A stretch of DNA of 64,000 bases, taken from Minisyncoccota bacterium (GTDB lineage: Bacteria; Patescibacteriota; Minisyncoccia; Minisyncoccales; JAGOPM01). The notes under the pieces are model-generated. The model was not told the DNA's origin. It made no database searches and saw only the letters and a list, made by a program, of their open reading frames with translations. Position numbers and translations under genes: made by a program. Where the stretch lies: assembly GCA_041651395.1 (NCBI GenBank), contig JBAZJI010000001.1:763920-827919 (forward strand). Reading direction: 5' to 3'. Positions within the stretch are counted from its first letter, which is position 1. The number at the start of each line of letters is the position of its first letter. Shown piece by piece: positions 27,267-36,745 of the stretch.

Positions 27267-28331
27267 CTACATATTAAATATTAAGCGACGACTCACTTGT
27301 CCAAGCAGCCATGCCAAACTATCTTGTAAAGAAATTTGAAACTTTTCAGCTTCTTCATTTATTTTCTTGCGCTCCCGGCTACAATATTTTTGGATAAGCA
27401 TTTGGGTAACATCCTCATGCTTTTCTGGCGGCAAAACATTCCTCTTATCTGCCAATACTTGCGTAATGATTTCCGTGGCTTGTTTTACATTATTAATAGT
27501 ATTTCCAACATCTACCCCTTTACCTTTGTTTTGTAGTTCGCCCAAATGATCAATATAAAGCTTTAGCTGCGCCAATATTTCTTCAAGAAAAATAATCTGA
27601 CAGCGATTATTTTCAACTAAATGAGCCTTCTCCCCTTGCTTTGTTCTCCCTGATATTTCTTCTTGTTTGCGGAGACCGCAAACCAAAGAGGTTAACTCCT
27701 GCAAATCGTTGCTATCAAGACCGATGACCACGGGAACAATATTTTTTATTTCCCCTTTATAATTTTCCGCTTGAGAAGAAAAATATTTTACCTTCGCGCC
27801 ACCGGATTCAATCTTTCTCAAATTCCTGCCAAGTTTTTTCGCGATTGTCTGATCAGACATTCCCATAGTCATATCTACACATAAGGCTAAGCGATACGGT
27901 TTTTTATCGGCAGTATCGGTAAATTCAAACTCGCAAATCTCGTCTATTCCATTGGCAATATCATCAAAGCGCGAAGTCCTGACTATTTTTCCTTTAATAT
28001 TTTTTCCGGAAAACCACCCAAAATCAGTCCCTTCAGAGGCGACTACATGCTCAAGGGCCTCGGAATATTTTCGCCGCTTTTCAAAGTCTTTTTGTTCCCG
28101 CATTTGCACCGCCTCCTGTTTAACAAATATCTCTTCCATTCTTGCCACATACCGCATATCCTGCTCAATAACTTGAGAGGGATAAATATTATTAAAATCT
28201 TTCTCCTGGCATTGTTTGGATTTATCCGTCTTGGCTAAATATTCCAAGGCGGCAAATTCGGCCATTTCCGCGCCCTTGGCAAGCAGCTCCGGGCTTATTG
28301 CCTGTTCTTGGTATCTTTCCTTATTTTCCAT
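27267..28331 (-). CDS. hypothetical protein, paralog B of the same uncharacterised family
   Basis: 354 aa. See 25933-26922 for the shared blocks (SRFDDIANGID, LALCVDMT, KLGRNLRKIESGGAKVKYFSS, PVVIGLD). Confidence 0.6.
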   Translation of the reverse strand: MENKERYQEQAISPELLAKGAEMAEFAALEYLAKTDKSKQCQEKDFNNIYPSQVIEQDMRYVARMEEIFVKQEAVQMREQKDFEKRRKYSEALEHVVASEGTDFGWFSGKNIKGKIVRTSRFDDIANGIDEICEFEFTDTADKKPYRLALCVDMTMGMSDQTIAKKLGRNLRKIESGGAKVKYFSSQAENYKGEIKNIVPVVIGLDSNDLQELTSLVCGLRKQEEISGRTKQGEKAHLVENNRCQIIFLEEILAQLKLYIDHLGELQNKGKGVDVGNTINNVKQATEIITQVLADKRNVLPPEKHEDVTQMLIQKYCSRERKKINEEAEKFQISLQDSLAWLLGQVSRRLIFNM

Positions 28332-28401
28332 AACTTATTTTGATGATTTTAATAATATCAGTCAAACTGCCCAAAACCGAGAAAAGTGCTAAAATACTCT
28401 C

Positions 28402-30546
28402 ATGCAGGAGCTAGACCGGCCAATCGAAACATTAAGCCGTATACCCAGGCCATATATTTCGAAAGTAAAAAAACTCGGAGTCAAAACCCTGCGTGATCTT
28501 TTATTTTATCTTCCCTACAAATATGAGAACTTTGGCGAGGTAGTAAATATCAAAAATGTTAAAGTCGGCCAGAATAATTGCGTGCAAGGCGTAATAGAAG
28601 ATATCAAAGGCCAGCGCAGCTTTTTCCGCAAAGTGCACATTACAACTGCTATTGTCAAAGATGATACGGGAAAAATTGAATGCATCTGGTTTGGCCAAAG
28701 CTATTTGGATAAAACTCTTAAACCCGGCGATATTGTTTCTATTGCCGGCAAAGTGGCGCTAGGTAAAAAAGGATTATATTTTTCTGCCCCGGCCTATGAA
28801 AAAACTTCCCAAGGACTTTTTGCCGACAAACACGGCCTGACGCACACGGCCAAAATCGTACCAATTTATTCACAGACAGTCGGGTTATCTTCGCGCTGGC
28901 TGCGCTTTATATTGAAACCGCTTTTGGAAGAATACCGCTTTAAGCTGGAAGAAACCTTGCCCAAAGAGCTGCTAAACGAAATGAAGTTCATGCCCTTAAA
29001 TGAGGCTTTGTGGCAAGCGCATTTTCCGGAAACATTGGAAAAGGCCCAAGAGGCCAAGCGGCGTTTCGAATTTGAAGAAATGTTTATTCTACAGTTGGCG
29101 GTATTGCGCGAAAAACAAAGAATGCTGGCCCAGAGCGCTCCGACGCTCCCGATTAAACTGGAAAGAATCCAACTTTTTATTTCCGATTTACCTTTTACTC
29201 TGACCGACGATCAAAAAAAAGTTATCTGGCGGATTTTGAAAGATACGGAAAAGTCCTCGCCCATGAGCCGCCTTTTACAGGGCGATGTGGGTTCGGGCAA
29301 AACAGTAGTGGCGGCTATTGTGGCGCTTAATGCCATTAAAAACGGTTATCAAGCCGCTTTTATGGCACCCACGGAGATTTTGGCGCGCCAGCACTTCTCC
29401 ACCCTTTCTAAAGTATTCAAAGGCTTTGATGCCAATATAGGATTTTTAACCGGCAAGAGCGACGAATTCGTTTCTAAAAAATTACGCGGCCAGCCCATCG
29501 AAATCTCCCGCAAAAAACTTTTGGAAAAAACCGAAAAAGGCGAACTGGATATTTTAGTCGGCACTCACGCCTTAATAAAAGGCAAAGTAAAATTCAAAAA
29601 CTTAGCCCTGGCGGTAATCGACGAGCAGCATCGCTTCGGCGTAGAGCAAAGGGCCAATTTGGTAAAAACCAAAGGCGCGGCCGTCTCTTTGCCGCATTTT
29701 TTATCCATGACGGCCACGCCTATCCCCCGTTCCCTTGCCCTAACTATTTATGGCGATCTAGATCTGAGCATCATAAAAACCATGCCACATGGCCGCAAAG
29801 AAATTATTACCAAAATAATTTCAGAGAAAGAGCGCGAGGAAATGTATAAATTCATCGGTCAAGAAATCGAAAATGGCCGGCAGGCTTTTGTGATTTGCCC
29901 CCGCATCGACGAAGGCGAAACCGATAACCAACCAAGCGAAGCAAAATCACTTTGGGCCGATGTAAAAAATGTGACCGCTGAAGCGGAGCGTCTGCAAAAA
30001 GAAGTGTTCCCAAATTATAAAATCGGCTTATTGCACGGCAAGCTAAGCTCCACAGAAAAAGAAAAAGTGATGCTCGATTTCAAAAACAATAAAACCAATA
30101 TTTTGGTTTCCACTTCCGTGGTGGAAGTGGGCATTGATGTGCCTAATGCGACGGTCATGATGATCGAGGGCGCGGACCGCTTTGGTTTGGCCCAACTGCA
30201 CCAATTCCGTGGCCGGGTTGGCCGAAGCGAATATCAATCGTATTGTTTCCTACTCTTAAGCTCAGCGAACGGCAAAAGTCTGGCCCGAGCCAAAGCCATG
30301 GTAGATTTTGCCTCTGGCTTTGATATTTCCAAAAAAGATTTGCAGATTAGGGGCCCGGGAGAGCTGGCCGGCGGCAAACAATCAGGCATGCCCGATATCA
30401 TCATGGAACAACTCCAAGATATTTCTAAAGTAGAAAAGACCCGGGAAATGGCCTCTTCCCTTTTAGAAAACGATCCAGAACTAAAAAAATTCCCGGCTTT
30501 GCTGGCCAGGACGATAACTTACCGCGAGAGGCTGCATTTAGAATAA
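28402..30546 (+). CDS. recG: ATP-dependent DNA helicase RecG
   Basis: 714 aa with a wedge/OB N-domain, LLQGDVGSGKT, DEQHRFG, and MTATPIPRSL characteristic of RecG. Confidence 0.95.
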   Translation: MQELDRPIETLSRIPRPYISKVKKLGVKTLRDLLFYLPYKYENFGEVVNIKNVKVGQNNCVQGVIEDIKGQRSFFRKVHITTAIVKDDTGKIECIWFGQSYLDKTLKPGDIVSIAGKVALGKKGLYFSAPAYEKTSQGLFADKHGLTHTAKIVPIYSQTVGLSSRWLRFILKPLLEEYRFKLEETLPKELLNEMKFMPLNEALWQAHFPETLEKAQEAKRRFEFEEMFILQLAVLREKQRMLAQSAPTLPIKLERIQLFISDLPFTLTDDQKKVIWRILKDTEKSSPMSRLLQGDVGSGKTVVAAIVALNAIKNGYQAAFMAPTEILARQHFSTLSKVFKGFDANIGFLTGKSDEFVSKKLRGQPIEISRKKLLEKTEKGELDILVGTHALIKGKVKFKNLALAVIDEQHRFGVEQRANLVKTKGAAVSLPHFLSMTATPIPRSLALTIYGDLDLSIIKTMPHGRKEIITKIISEKEREEMYKFIGQEIENGRQAFVICPRIDEGETDNQPSEAKSLWADVKNVTAEAERLQKEVFPNYKIGLLHGKLSSTEKEKVMLDFKNNKTNILVSTSVVEVGIDVPNATVMMIEGADRFGLAQLHQFRGRVGRSEYQSYCFLLLSSANGKSLARAKAMVDFASGFDISKKDLQIRGPGELAGGKQSGMPDIIMEQLQDISKVEKTREMASSLLENDPELKKFPALLARTITYRERLHLE

Positions 30547-32088
30547 TCAGCGACTCTTGGGCGTTACCCAAAAACCCATATATTTTCCGAGCATCAAACG
30601 AGTTTGAGCATCAATGGCGGGCACAGAGGTAAAGAAAACCATAATAAATGGGACTAAAAGCCATTGGACTAAAATCATAAACCTATTCCAAATATTCCCT
30701 CGCAAAGTGGGCGCAGGCTTTAGCATCATGCCGCTATAGTAAGCCGACCAAAAAAGGCCGATCATGGAAATGGTCAAAAGCACACTGGTGGTGGGCGCCA
30801 AATTAAAGGCCACCGACATCCTGTTAAATTCCGGACCGCCGAAAAATATCGGCAACCAACCCACAGCGAAAATAATCGCCGAAGCACAAGCCCAAGACCA
30901 GTGACCATTAATTAATTCCCAAGTCCATTTCAGCTTTTCCCAAAGCTTAATTTTTTTATTCTTAGAAAAAGCAAAAAGAAAATAGGCAATGTCATTGCAG
31001 CCGTAAGCCCAGCGGCGCTGCTGCTTATAAATATTCTTTAAGGTTAGCCAAAGACTGGGCGCCACATTGGCATCCATGCAAACCGGGTAATAAAGCGGGC
31101 AAACAGTGTAATCACCATCGTATTTTAAGAAGCATTGCCAAAAAATCCGGGAGTCATCGGAAACAATATTGGTTTGCTTAAACCCCACATCTACTAAGGC
31201 CTTAAAGCTCATAGAGTGCGAAGAAAAAGTTATGAGGTTATCCATCCTGTCTTGGCTGATCATCTGCCAAAAACTCGTGGAAAAAGAAAAAACCCGGGAA
31301 ATGGCGCTGGCCTCATCGATGTTATTGGTAAACAAAGGAATAGGTTGGAAAGAAGTGCGGTAAGGATTATCAACGCTCAAAAAATTATGAGTCAAGCAGG
31401 CAAAATACCCGTCATAAACCACGGTATCAACGTCAAAAGAAGAAACGATGGCTTTTTCAACAGCTATATTATTAGCCTCGAGCAGCTCTTTGGATTTTTT
31501 GGCCGCCCAAGTTTCATTGGAAGCTTTCCCGGGAATTTCCTCGGGCAAATTAGCCGGATGCCAAGTAGTTAAGTATTTGAAAAATACATTGCCGAATTCC
31601 GCCTCAATTCTTTTGGCCGTCTCTTCAGAATTTTTTCTCGCCTTCTCTTCGCAAGCCAAAACCACAATAAATTTCTCTTTGGGGTATTGAGCCTTACTTA
31701 AACTGATAAAACTCTCGCGTACCACTTCATAGGGCTCATTATACATCGGCAAAATCACTAAATGATAAAGCCCCTCCCACTTTCCGGAAAAATCATTTTG
31801 GAGTTTTTGTAGCCAATTAACTTTCGAATACTCAGCCATTTTGTCATAACCGCCTTTAAGATTAAAAGCATAATAGACGCTCTTAAACAGCCAGTTGGCA
31901 TCAAAGATGATAATGAAAATACTAACCAGCCAAGGATTGCCGAATTTCCAGCCGATAGATAAAACAACGAGGCCGATTAACGTCCCCCAAGAGAGAATCC
32001 CGGGCAACATTTCGAGAAAACGATAATAGGCCCGGTCCCATTTATTTTCCAGATCTGCAGCTTTTGATATTCTCAAATACTCATCCAT
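30547..32088 (-). CDS. membrane-embedded family-2 glycosyltransferase (processive, cellulose/chitin-synthase-like)
   Basis: 513 aa with flanking TM helices, a DVDT-type acidic motif and QQRRWAYG (QxxRW). Confidence 0.8.
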   Translation of the reverse strand: MDEYLRISKAADLENKWDRAYYRFLEMLPGILSWGTLIGLVVLSIGWKFGNPWLVSIFIIIFDANWLFKSVYYAFNLKGGYDKMAEYSKVNWLQKLQNDFSGKWEGLYHLVILPMYNEPYEVVRESFISLSKAQYPKEKFIVVLACEEKARKNSEETAKRIEAEFGNVFFKYLTTWHPANLPEEIPGKASNETWAAKKSKELLEANNIAVEKAIVSSFDVDTVVYDGYFACLTHNFLSVDNPYRTSFQPIPLFTNNIDEASAISRVFSFSTSFWQMISQDRMDNLITFSSHSMSFKALVDVGFKQTNIVSDDSRIFWQCFLKYDGDYTVCPLYYPVCMDANVAPSLWLTLKNIYKQQRRWAYGCNDIAYFLFAFSKNKKIKLWEKLKWTWELINGHWSWACASAIIFAVGWLPIFFGGPEFNRMSVAFNLAPTTSVLLTISMIGLFWSAYYSGMMLKPAPTLRGNIWNRFMILVQWLLVPFIMVFFTSVPAIDAQTRLMLGKYMGFWVTPKSR

Positions 32089-32115
32089 ATTCTAATAACC
32101 CTTACAAAGGGTCAA

Positions 32116-32190
32116 TGGCGGTCTTAACGGGAATCGAACCCGTATTACCACCGTGAAAGGGTGGTGTCCTAACCGTTAGACGATAAGACC
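32116..32190 (-). tRNA. tRNA-Glu (anticodon UUC), CCA encoded
   Basis: Reverse complement: GGTCTTA..GTCTAACGGTTAGGAC..CCACC CTTTCAC GGTGG..ACGGG TTCGATT CCCGT TAAGACC G CCA. Confidence 0.9.
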
Positions 32191-32254
32191 AGAGCTTGAA
32201 TAATTTAACATAAAAATTGAAAAATAGCAAGTTATATGCTAAAACTTATAGGAT

Positions 32255-33397
32255 ATGAAAGTACTGGGAATTGATACAAGCTGTGATGATACTTCTGTGG
32301 CGGTCGTGGAAAGCCAAAATAACAGTACCTTAGAAGTCTTATCCAATATAGTTTCTTCCCAAATAGAACTCCATAAAGGCTACGGAGGGGTTTTCCCTAT
32401 GCTTGCCAAACGCGAGCACCAAAAAAATCTCGTGCGGGTATTAGGTGAGGCTTTACAAAAATCCCAACTGCTAAAAATAAGCGAAAAAAATATTGATTAC
32501 TCGCAAGATAAAACTCTGGCCGCCATTTTGGAAAGGGAGCCGGAATTACATAAAGAATTGGTGGCTTTTTTAGCCAAATATCAAAGACCCCAAATAGAAG
32601 CCATTGCCGTTACTCAGGGCCCGGGACTGGAGCCTTGTTTGTGGGTGGGGCTCAATTTTGCCAAGGCGCTTAATTATGTCTGGAATATACCGATAATCCC
32701 CGTGCACCACGTTGAAGCCCATTTGCTTTCCGCTTGGTTAGATAATGCTAATTTGGCAAATATTTCCTTCCCTGCCCTAGCCCTAATCGTCAGCGGCGGA
32801 CACACGCAATTAATTTTCTGCAAAAAAATCGGCGAATATAAAATTATTGGCGAAACTTTAGACGATGCGGCCGGAGAATGCTTCGATAAAGTTGCCAGAA
32901 TTTTGGGGCTTGGCTATCCGGGCGGGCCCATTATTGAAAAAGTAGCCCGAGAACCATCAAACGTAAAAGTCTCTTTTCCCCGCCCAATGCTTAAATCGCT
33001 GAATTTTGATTTTAGTTTCTCTGGCCTTAAAACCGCTGTGCTTTATGATGCTAAGAAAAAATGCCACGGGGCCTGCGATAAGGATTATACTGTGGCAGCA
33101 GCCAAGGAAGCTCAAGCTTCTATTATTGAAGTTTTAGTCAAAAAAACAATTTCCGCGGCAATTAAATTTGATGTTAAAACCATAATTATTGGCGGCGGAG
33201 TAAGTGCCAGCCAATATTTGCGTGATGAGCTCACTAAAACAGCCGCTCAAAAACTCCCCTTGGTTAAAGTAATAATCCCCGCGCGCCAATACTCCACTGA
33301 TAATGGTGCCATGGTCGCGACCACTGCCATTTTACATCCTAGGCCAAAATCTGATTACAAATCAGAAATGCCCGCCGATTCTAATTTCCAGTTATAA
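32255..33397 (+). CDS. tsaD: tRNA N6-adenosine threonylcarbamoyltransferase TsaD (Kae1/Gcp)
   Basis: MKVLGIDTSCDDTSVAVV, the HHVEAH metal site, and GGVSAS near the C-terminus. Confidence 0.95.
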   Translation: MKVLGIDTSCDDTSVAVVESQNNSTLEVLSNIVSSQIELHKGYGGVFPMLAKREHQKNLVRVLGEALQKSQLLKISEKNIDYSQDKTLAAILEREPELHKELVAFLAKYQRPQIEAIAVTQGPGLEPCLWVGLNFAKALNYVWNIPIIPVHHVEAHLLSAWLDNANLANISFPALALIVSGGHTQLIFCKKIGEYKIIGETLDDAAGECFDKVARILGLGYPGGPIIEKVAREPSNVKVSFPRPMLKSLNFDFSFSGLKTAVLYDAKKKCHGACDKDYTVAAAKEAQASIIEVLVKKTISAAIKFDVKTIIIGGGVSASQYLRDELTKTAAQKLPLVKVIIPARQYSTDNGAMVATTAILHPRPKSDYKSEMPADSNFQL

Positions 33398-33495
33398 AAA
33401 GAGCGCCACTCTGTGGCAGGGATATTCAAAACTTCATCAATAGAATAGTCAAATAGGGTGTTAACATGCTATAATCAGGAACAAATGCGTAATCC

Positions 33496-34272
33496 ATGCA
33501 GCTGACGTTTAATCCAATATCCATACTTTTGGGCATCCTTCCCGGATTAGTCTGGCTGGTATATTTTTCCAAGAAAGACAAAAATCCCGAACCCAAAACC
33601 CACATTCTTTTGGCGTTTTTTTTAGGAGCGCTTTCCGCCGGGGCGGCGCTTTTTGGCGGTGAACTTTTGGCCACGGGGTTTGCGCAATTTTTTGACCGGG
33701 CTAGTCTTGTTTATGTCTGCCTTAATTACTTCATCGCGGTAGCCTTAGTGGAAGAACTTGTAAAATATTTGGCAGTGCGAATGGTTATCACCGACCTAGA
33801 TGAATTTGATGAACCGATTGACTCTATGGTTTATCTGGTCAGCGCCGCTATGGGCTTTGCCACAGCCGAAAATGTTTTAACCAACATTGTTAAAGAAAGC
33901 AGTTTAACAAGCCTTGGCAGTAAATTTATTGGCGAGCATATTATAATCAATACTATTTACAGATTTTTTTTCCCCACCCTACTGCACGCCCTTTGCTCAG
34001 CCATTGTGGGATACTTTCTAGCTCTGGCATTTTTTCGAAGCAAAAAATTTGCTACTATTATCGGGTTAGGGCTAGCCACTTTTTTACATGGCTCTTATGA
34101 CCTGCTTTCTTATGCTTTTGGCGGGACCGGAGAGGCTAAATTTTTCCTTTATATGGTTGGCTTGCTCCTTTTAGCCCTAATATTTGTTTCTAGAATCCTA
34201 TTCAAACAGCTGCGTGCACAACAAATCAAGAAAAACAAAATAATATGGCGTTTTTCTCCAGACAAAAAATAA
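33496..34272 (+). CDS. PrsW-family intramembrane protease
   Basis: 258 aa, multi-TM, with an EELVKY motif and a later H....D pattern (LLHALCSAIVGY). Confidence 0.7.
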   Translation: MQLTFNPISILLGILPGLVWLVYFSKKDKNPEPKTHILLAFFLGALSAGAALFGGELLATGFAQFFDRASLVYVCLNYFIAVALVEELVKYLAVRMVITDLDEFDEPIDSMVYLVSAAMGFATAENVLTNIVKESSLTSLGSKFIGEHIIINTIYRFFFPTLLHALCSAIVGYFLALAFFRSKKFATIIGLGLATFLHGSYDLLSYAFGGTGEAKFFLYMVGLLLLALIFVSRILFKQLRAQQIKKNKIIWRFSPDKK

Positions 34273-34661
34273 ACCTCGAAACTCAACCCATCGAAAAGCC
34301 TCTCCTGAAAGGCAAAGAACAAGCAGCCGAACTGGCCCTTGATGTCTTTGAAAATGAAAAAGAGATAATAATCGTTTCCCTGATTGCCGGCATCCAAGAA
34401 ACCGATTTGGATATTTCTTTTGATAAGGGCATGCTTATTATCAAAGGCAAAAGACAGAGCCCCCTGCCCGATCAGGATGAAAAAAAATATTTAATCAAAG
34501 AATGCTATTGGGGAAGCTTTGCCAGAAGAATAGTTTTGCCCGATGAAATTGAAGAACAAAAAATCCAAGCCAACCTGAAAAACGGCCTTTTAGTCCTAAA
34601 AATTCCCAAAATATCTGAAACAGAAAACCACGCTAAGGTAAAAATCGTAAACCAAGAATAA
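34245..34661 (+). CDS. Hsp20/alpha-crystallin small heat-shock protein
   Basis: ACD blocks DVFENEKEIIIVSLIAG, GSFARRIVLP and ANLKNGLLVLKIPK. Overlaps the prsW-like stop by 28 nt. Confidence 0.9.
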   Translation: MAFFSRQKINLETQPIEKPLLKGKEQAAELALDVFENEKEIIIVSLIAGIQETDLDISFDKGMLIIKGKRQSPLPDQDEKKYLIKECYWGSFARRIVLPDEIEEQKIQANLKNGLLVLKIPKISETENHAKVKIVNQE

Positions 34662-34719
34662 AAATAACCCCGCTCTGGCGGGGTGTTTTTTTTCGCCCAA
34701 TTCTGTATAATCCATACAC

Positions 34720-34800
34720 GGGCGGGTGGCGGAATGGCAGACGCGCAGGACTTAGGATCCTGTACCGCAAGGTGTGGAGGTTCAACTCCTCTCCCGCCCA
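34720..34800 (+). tRNA. tRNA-Leu (anticodon UAG), no encoded CCA
   Basis: Acceptor GGGCGGG/CCCGCCC, anticodon stem CAGGA/TCCTG, loop CTTAGGA, long variable arm. Confidence 0.85.
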
Positions 34801-34806
34801 CAACTT

Positions 34807-34827
34807 GGCACCTTTAGGTGCCTTTTT
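34807..34827 (+). terminator. terminator after tRNA-Leu(UAG)
   Basis: GGCACC TTTA GGTGCC followed by a T5 tract. Confidence 0.8.
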
Positions 34828-34902
34828 GTATGGTTAAGAAATTGAAGGCGGAGACGGAGTAGAACCTTCGGCTCAATACAGGACATTCTTGTTTCTTTAA
34901 CT

Positions 34903-34927
34903 AAAAACAGCCCTTGCGGGCTGTTTT
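34903..34927. terminator. bidirectional terminator
   Basis: AAAAACAGCCC TTGC GGGCTGTTTTT, immediately 3' of the 34933-35310 gene. Confidence 0.8.
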
Positions 34928-34932
34928 TGAAA

Positions 34933-35310
34933 TTATTGTGTCAAATTAATTTGCGGGCCTCCAGTTGTTCCAGTGGCTGCTCCCTTTAATAGCACAAAAT
35001 TGACCAAGGCAAGCGCAACCAAAGCAACAATGATACCGATAACAGCCCAAGCAATTTGCTCTTTGGCCTTAGCGGCTTTAGTTGGGTCTCCCTGCGCCAC
35101 AACCATATCATAGCCAGACAAAACGATAATAATAATGGCAATGACAATGATTCCCCCGAATAAAAGATTCAAAACATTCCTAAGCCACCCCTCCAAAGTC
35201 ATACCAAAAGTATAGTCTGGCAAAGCGGCAAAGGCCGGGAGGGAAACAAGTATTGCGACCGTAGCTAATGACGCGGCTGCAATTATCTTTTTTTCTAATG
35301 AAGTGTTCAT
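34933..35310 (-). CDS. T4SS-pilin-like (TrbC/VirB2-type) small membrane protein, paralog 3
   Basis: 125 aa: signal peptide, 2 TM, and a conserved loop G.DP.KAAKAKEQI.WA..G shared with the two upstream paralogs. Confidence 0.6.
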   Translation of the reverse strand: MNTSLEKKIIAAASLATVAILVSLPAFAALPDYTFGMTLEGWLRNVLNLLFGGIIVIAIIIIVLSGYDMVVAQGDPTKAAKAKEQIAWAVIGIIVALVALALVNFVLLKGAATGTTGGPQINLTQ

Positions 35311-35404
35311 TTTTTGTATTTTTATTGTAAATACGACCTTTGCAATATGTTATGCTTAAATTATACCGGCCTCCAAGGATTGGCGCAAGCAAATAATTAA
35401 CAAC

Positions 35405-35755
35405 CTAATTAGTCTTGCCGGTCGCCAGCACCAAGAAAAAGAAACGGACAAGAGCCTCGGAAATCGCCATGGCCACTATGCCCCAAAGAGCATACTTTAT
35501 CAGATCCTTGCCTTTCTTGACGGCATCAGGATCAATTCCGGAATTAGAATTAACGAAATAAAACCCGGCAATAACAATCATAACGACCGCCAAGCATACG
35601 CCAATAATAAATAAAAAGTCGACTATCCCGATTACCAAAGCACCCCAAGTCTTGTATCCGAGCAGATCAGGCACATCGGCCCCGTAAACGATCCACGCAC
35701 TGGCCAGACCCAAAATAGCCAGAGCGGGCAATAACATTTGAAGTTTTTTATCCAT
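35405..35755 (-). CDS. T4SS-pilin-like (TrbC/VirB2-type) small membrane protein, paralog 2
   Basis: I used the start MDKKLQMLLPALA at 35755, because the ORF-track start overlaps the upstream gene. Motif GIDPDAVKKGKDLIKYALWG. Confidence 0.6.
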   Translation of the reverse strand: MDKKLQMLLPALAILGLASAWIVYGADVPDLLGYKTWGALVIGIVDFLFIIGVCLAVVMIVIAGFYFVNSNSGIDPDAVKKGKDLIKYALWGIVAMAISEALVRFFFLVLATGKTN

Positions 35756-35760
35756 AATAA

Positions 35761-36153
35761 TTAAAGTGAAGTTCCCGGCGGAGGCGCCTTGCCGGTGGTC
35801 AACATATAATAAACAAACCACCCGATGGCCTCAGCCCCTAAGATTATTAGAAGCCCAAATAAAGCATACTTTATCATATCTTTCCCCTTTTGTATGGCGT
35901 TGGGATCGATATTGGCGCCAAGAACAAAATAGTATCCGGACATAACAACTGTTGCGATGGCGATGAAGATCGCCAAAACGAACAAAAACTGCAGCATCCT
36001 TTTAAGCAAAGTCTGGAATTGATCCAAACCCCAAGGCGGTTTGACAACCACGCTACCCGCAGCACCCTCACCTTGAGCCAAGGCGCCAAGACTTAAAATG
36101 ATTCCAAAAATAACCAAGATACCCAGCAAAAAATTTTTTTGGCTATAGGTCAT
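35761..36153 (-). CDS. T4SS-pilin-like (TrbC/VirB2-type) small membrane protein, paralog 1
   Basis: I used the start MTYSQKNFLLG at 36153. Motif NIDPNAIQKGKDMIKYALFG. Confidence 0.6.
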   Translation of the reverse strand: MTYSQKNFLLGILVIFGIILSLGALAQGEGAAGSVVVKPPWGLDQFQTLLKRMLQFLFVLAIFIAIATVVMSGYYFVLGANIDPNAIQKGKDMIKYALFGLLIILGAEAIGWFVYYMLTTGKAPPPGTSL

Positions 36154-36154
36154 T

Positions 36155-36670
36155 TTAATTTTTTTGGAATAACATTGCAAAGTGGTATTGCCCAGCCTCC
36201 AAATGCCTTACAAATCGAAAGCCGGCCTGAATGGCTAATAGTTTGGCATCTTCAATACTGACAATCTCATTGCCCAAACCGATTTTTTGCACCCAATCAA
36301 TTATCACCAAAGATTCATCCGGGCCCAAAACTCGGTATGCTTCCTTGAGGCAAGAAATCTTGTCTTGCAATTGGAAAAGAACATTAACAAGAAAAACGTA
36401 ATCAAGTGAACCATTGGAAATGCCGGTCGAGCCGACTTTTTCCAAATCAGCTATAACGGTCTTAATATTGGAAAGATTTTCCGCTTTGGCTTGGGATTGC
36501 AAAACCGAGAGCGGCTCTTTTTGCAAATCAACGGCAAAAACTCGGCCCTTTTTGACCAAACGCGCTAAAGGGATGGTAAAGGCGCCACTGCCGCAGCCAA
36601 AATCGGCGCACTTCAATTCCTCGTTAAAATCCAATTGTTTAAGAATTTTCTCCGGGTTTACAAAGAGCAT
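36155..36670 (-). CDS. class I SAM-dependent methyltransferase
   Basis: Motif I DFGCGSG. 171 aa. Confidence 0.8.
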   Translation of the reverse strand: MLFVNPEKILKQLDFNEELKCADFGCGSGAFTIPLARLVKKGRVFAVDLQKEPLSVLQSQAKAENLSNIKTVIADLEKVGSTGISNGSLDYVFLVNVLFQLQDKISCLKEAYRVLGPDESLVIIDWVQKIGLGNEIVSIEDAKLLAIQAGFRFVRHLEAGQYHFAMLFQKN

Positions 36671-36745
36671 AGGTAAATAATTAAGAATTTATAATTCATA
36701 ATGCAGAATTAATTATGAATTCCGCATTCTAAATTCTGAATTAAC

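Noticed and set aside
33426-33674. An 82-aa minus-strand ORF, and the many 60-160-aa antisense ORFs inside gyrA, ftsH, infB, recG, the ABC genes and others.
   Set aside because: They overlap strongly supported genes on the opposite strand or in another frame. They have low-complexity or stop-poor composition typical of shadow ORFs, and they show no motifs.
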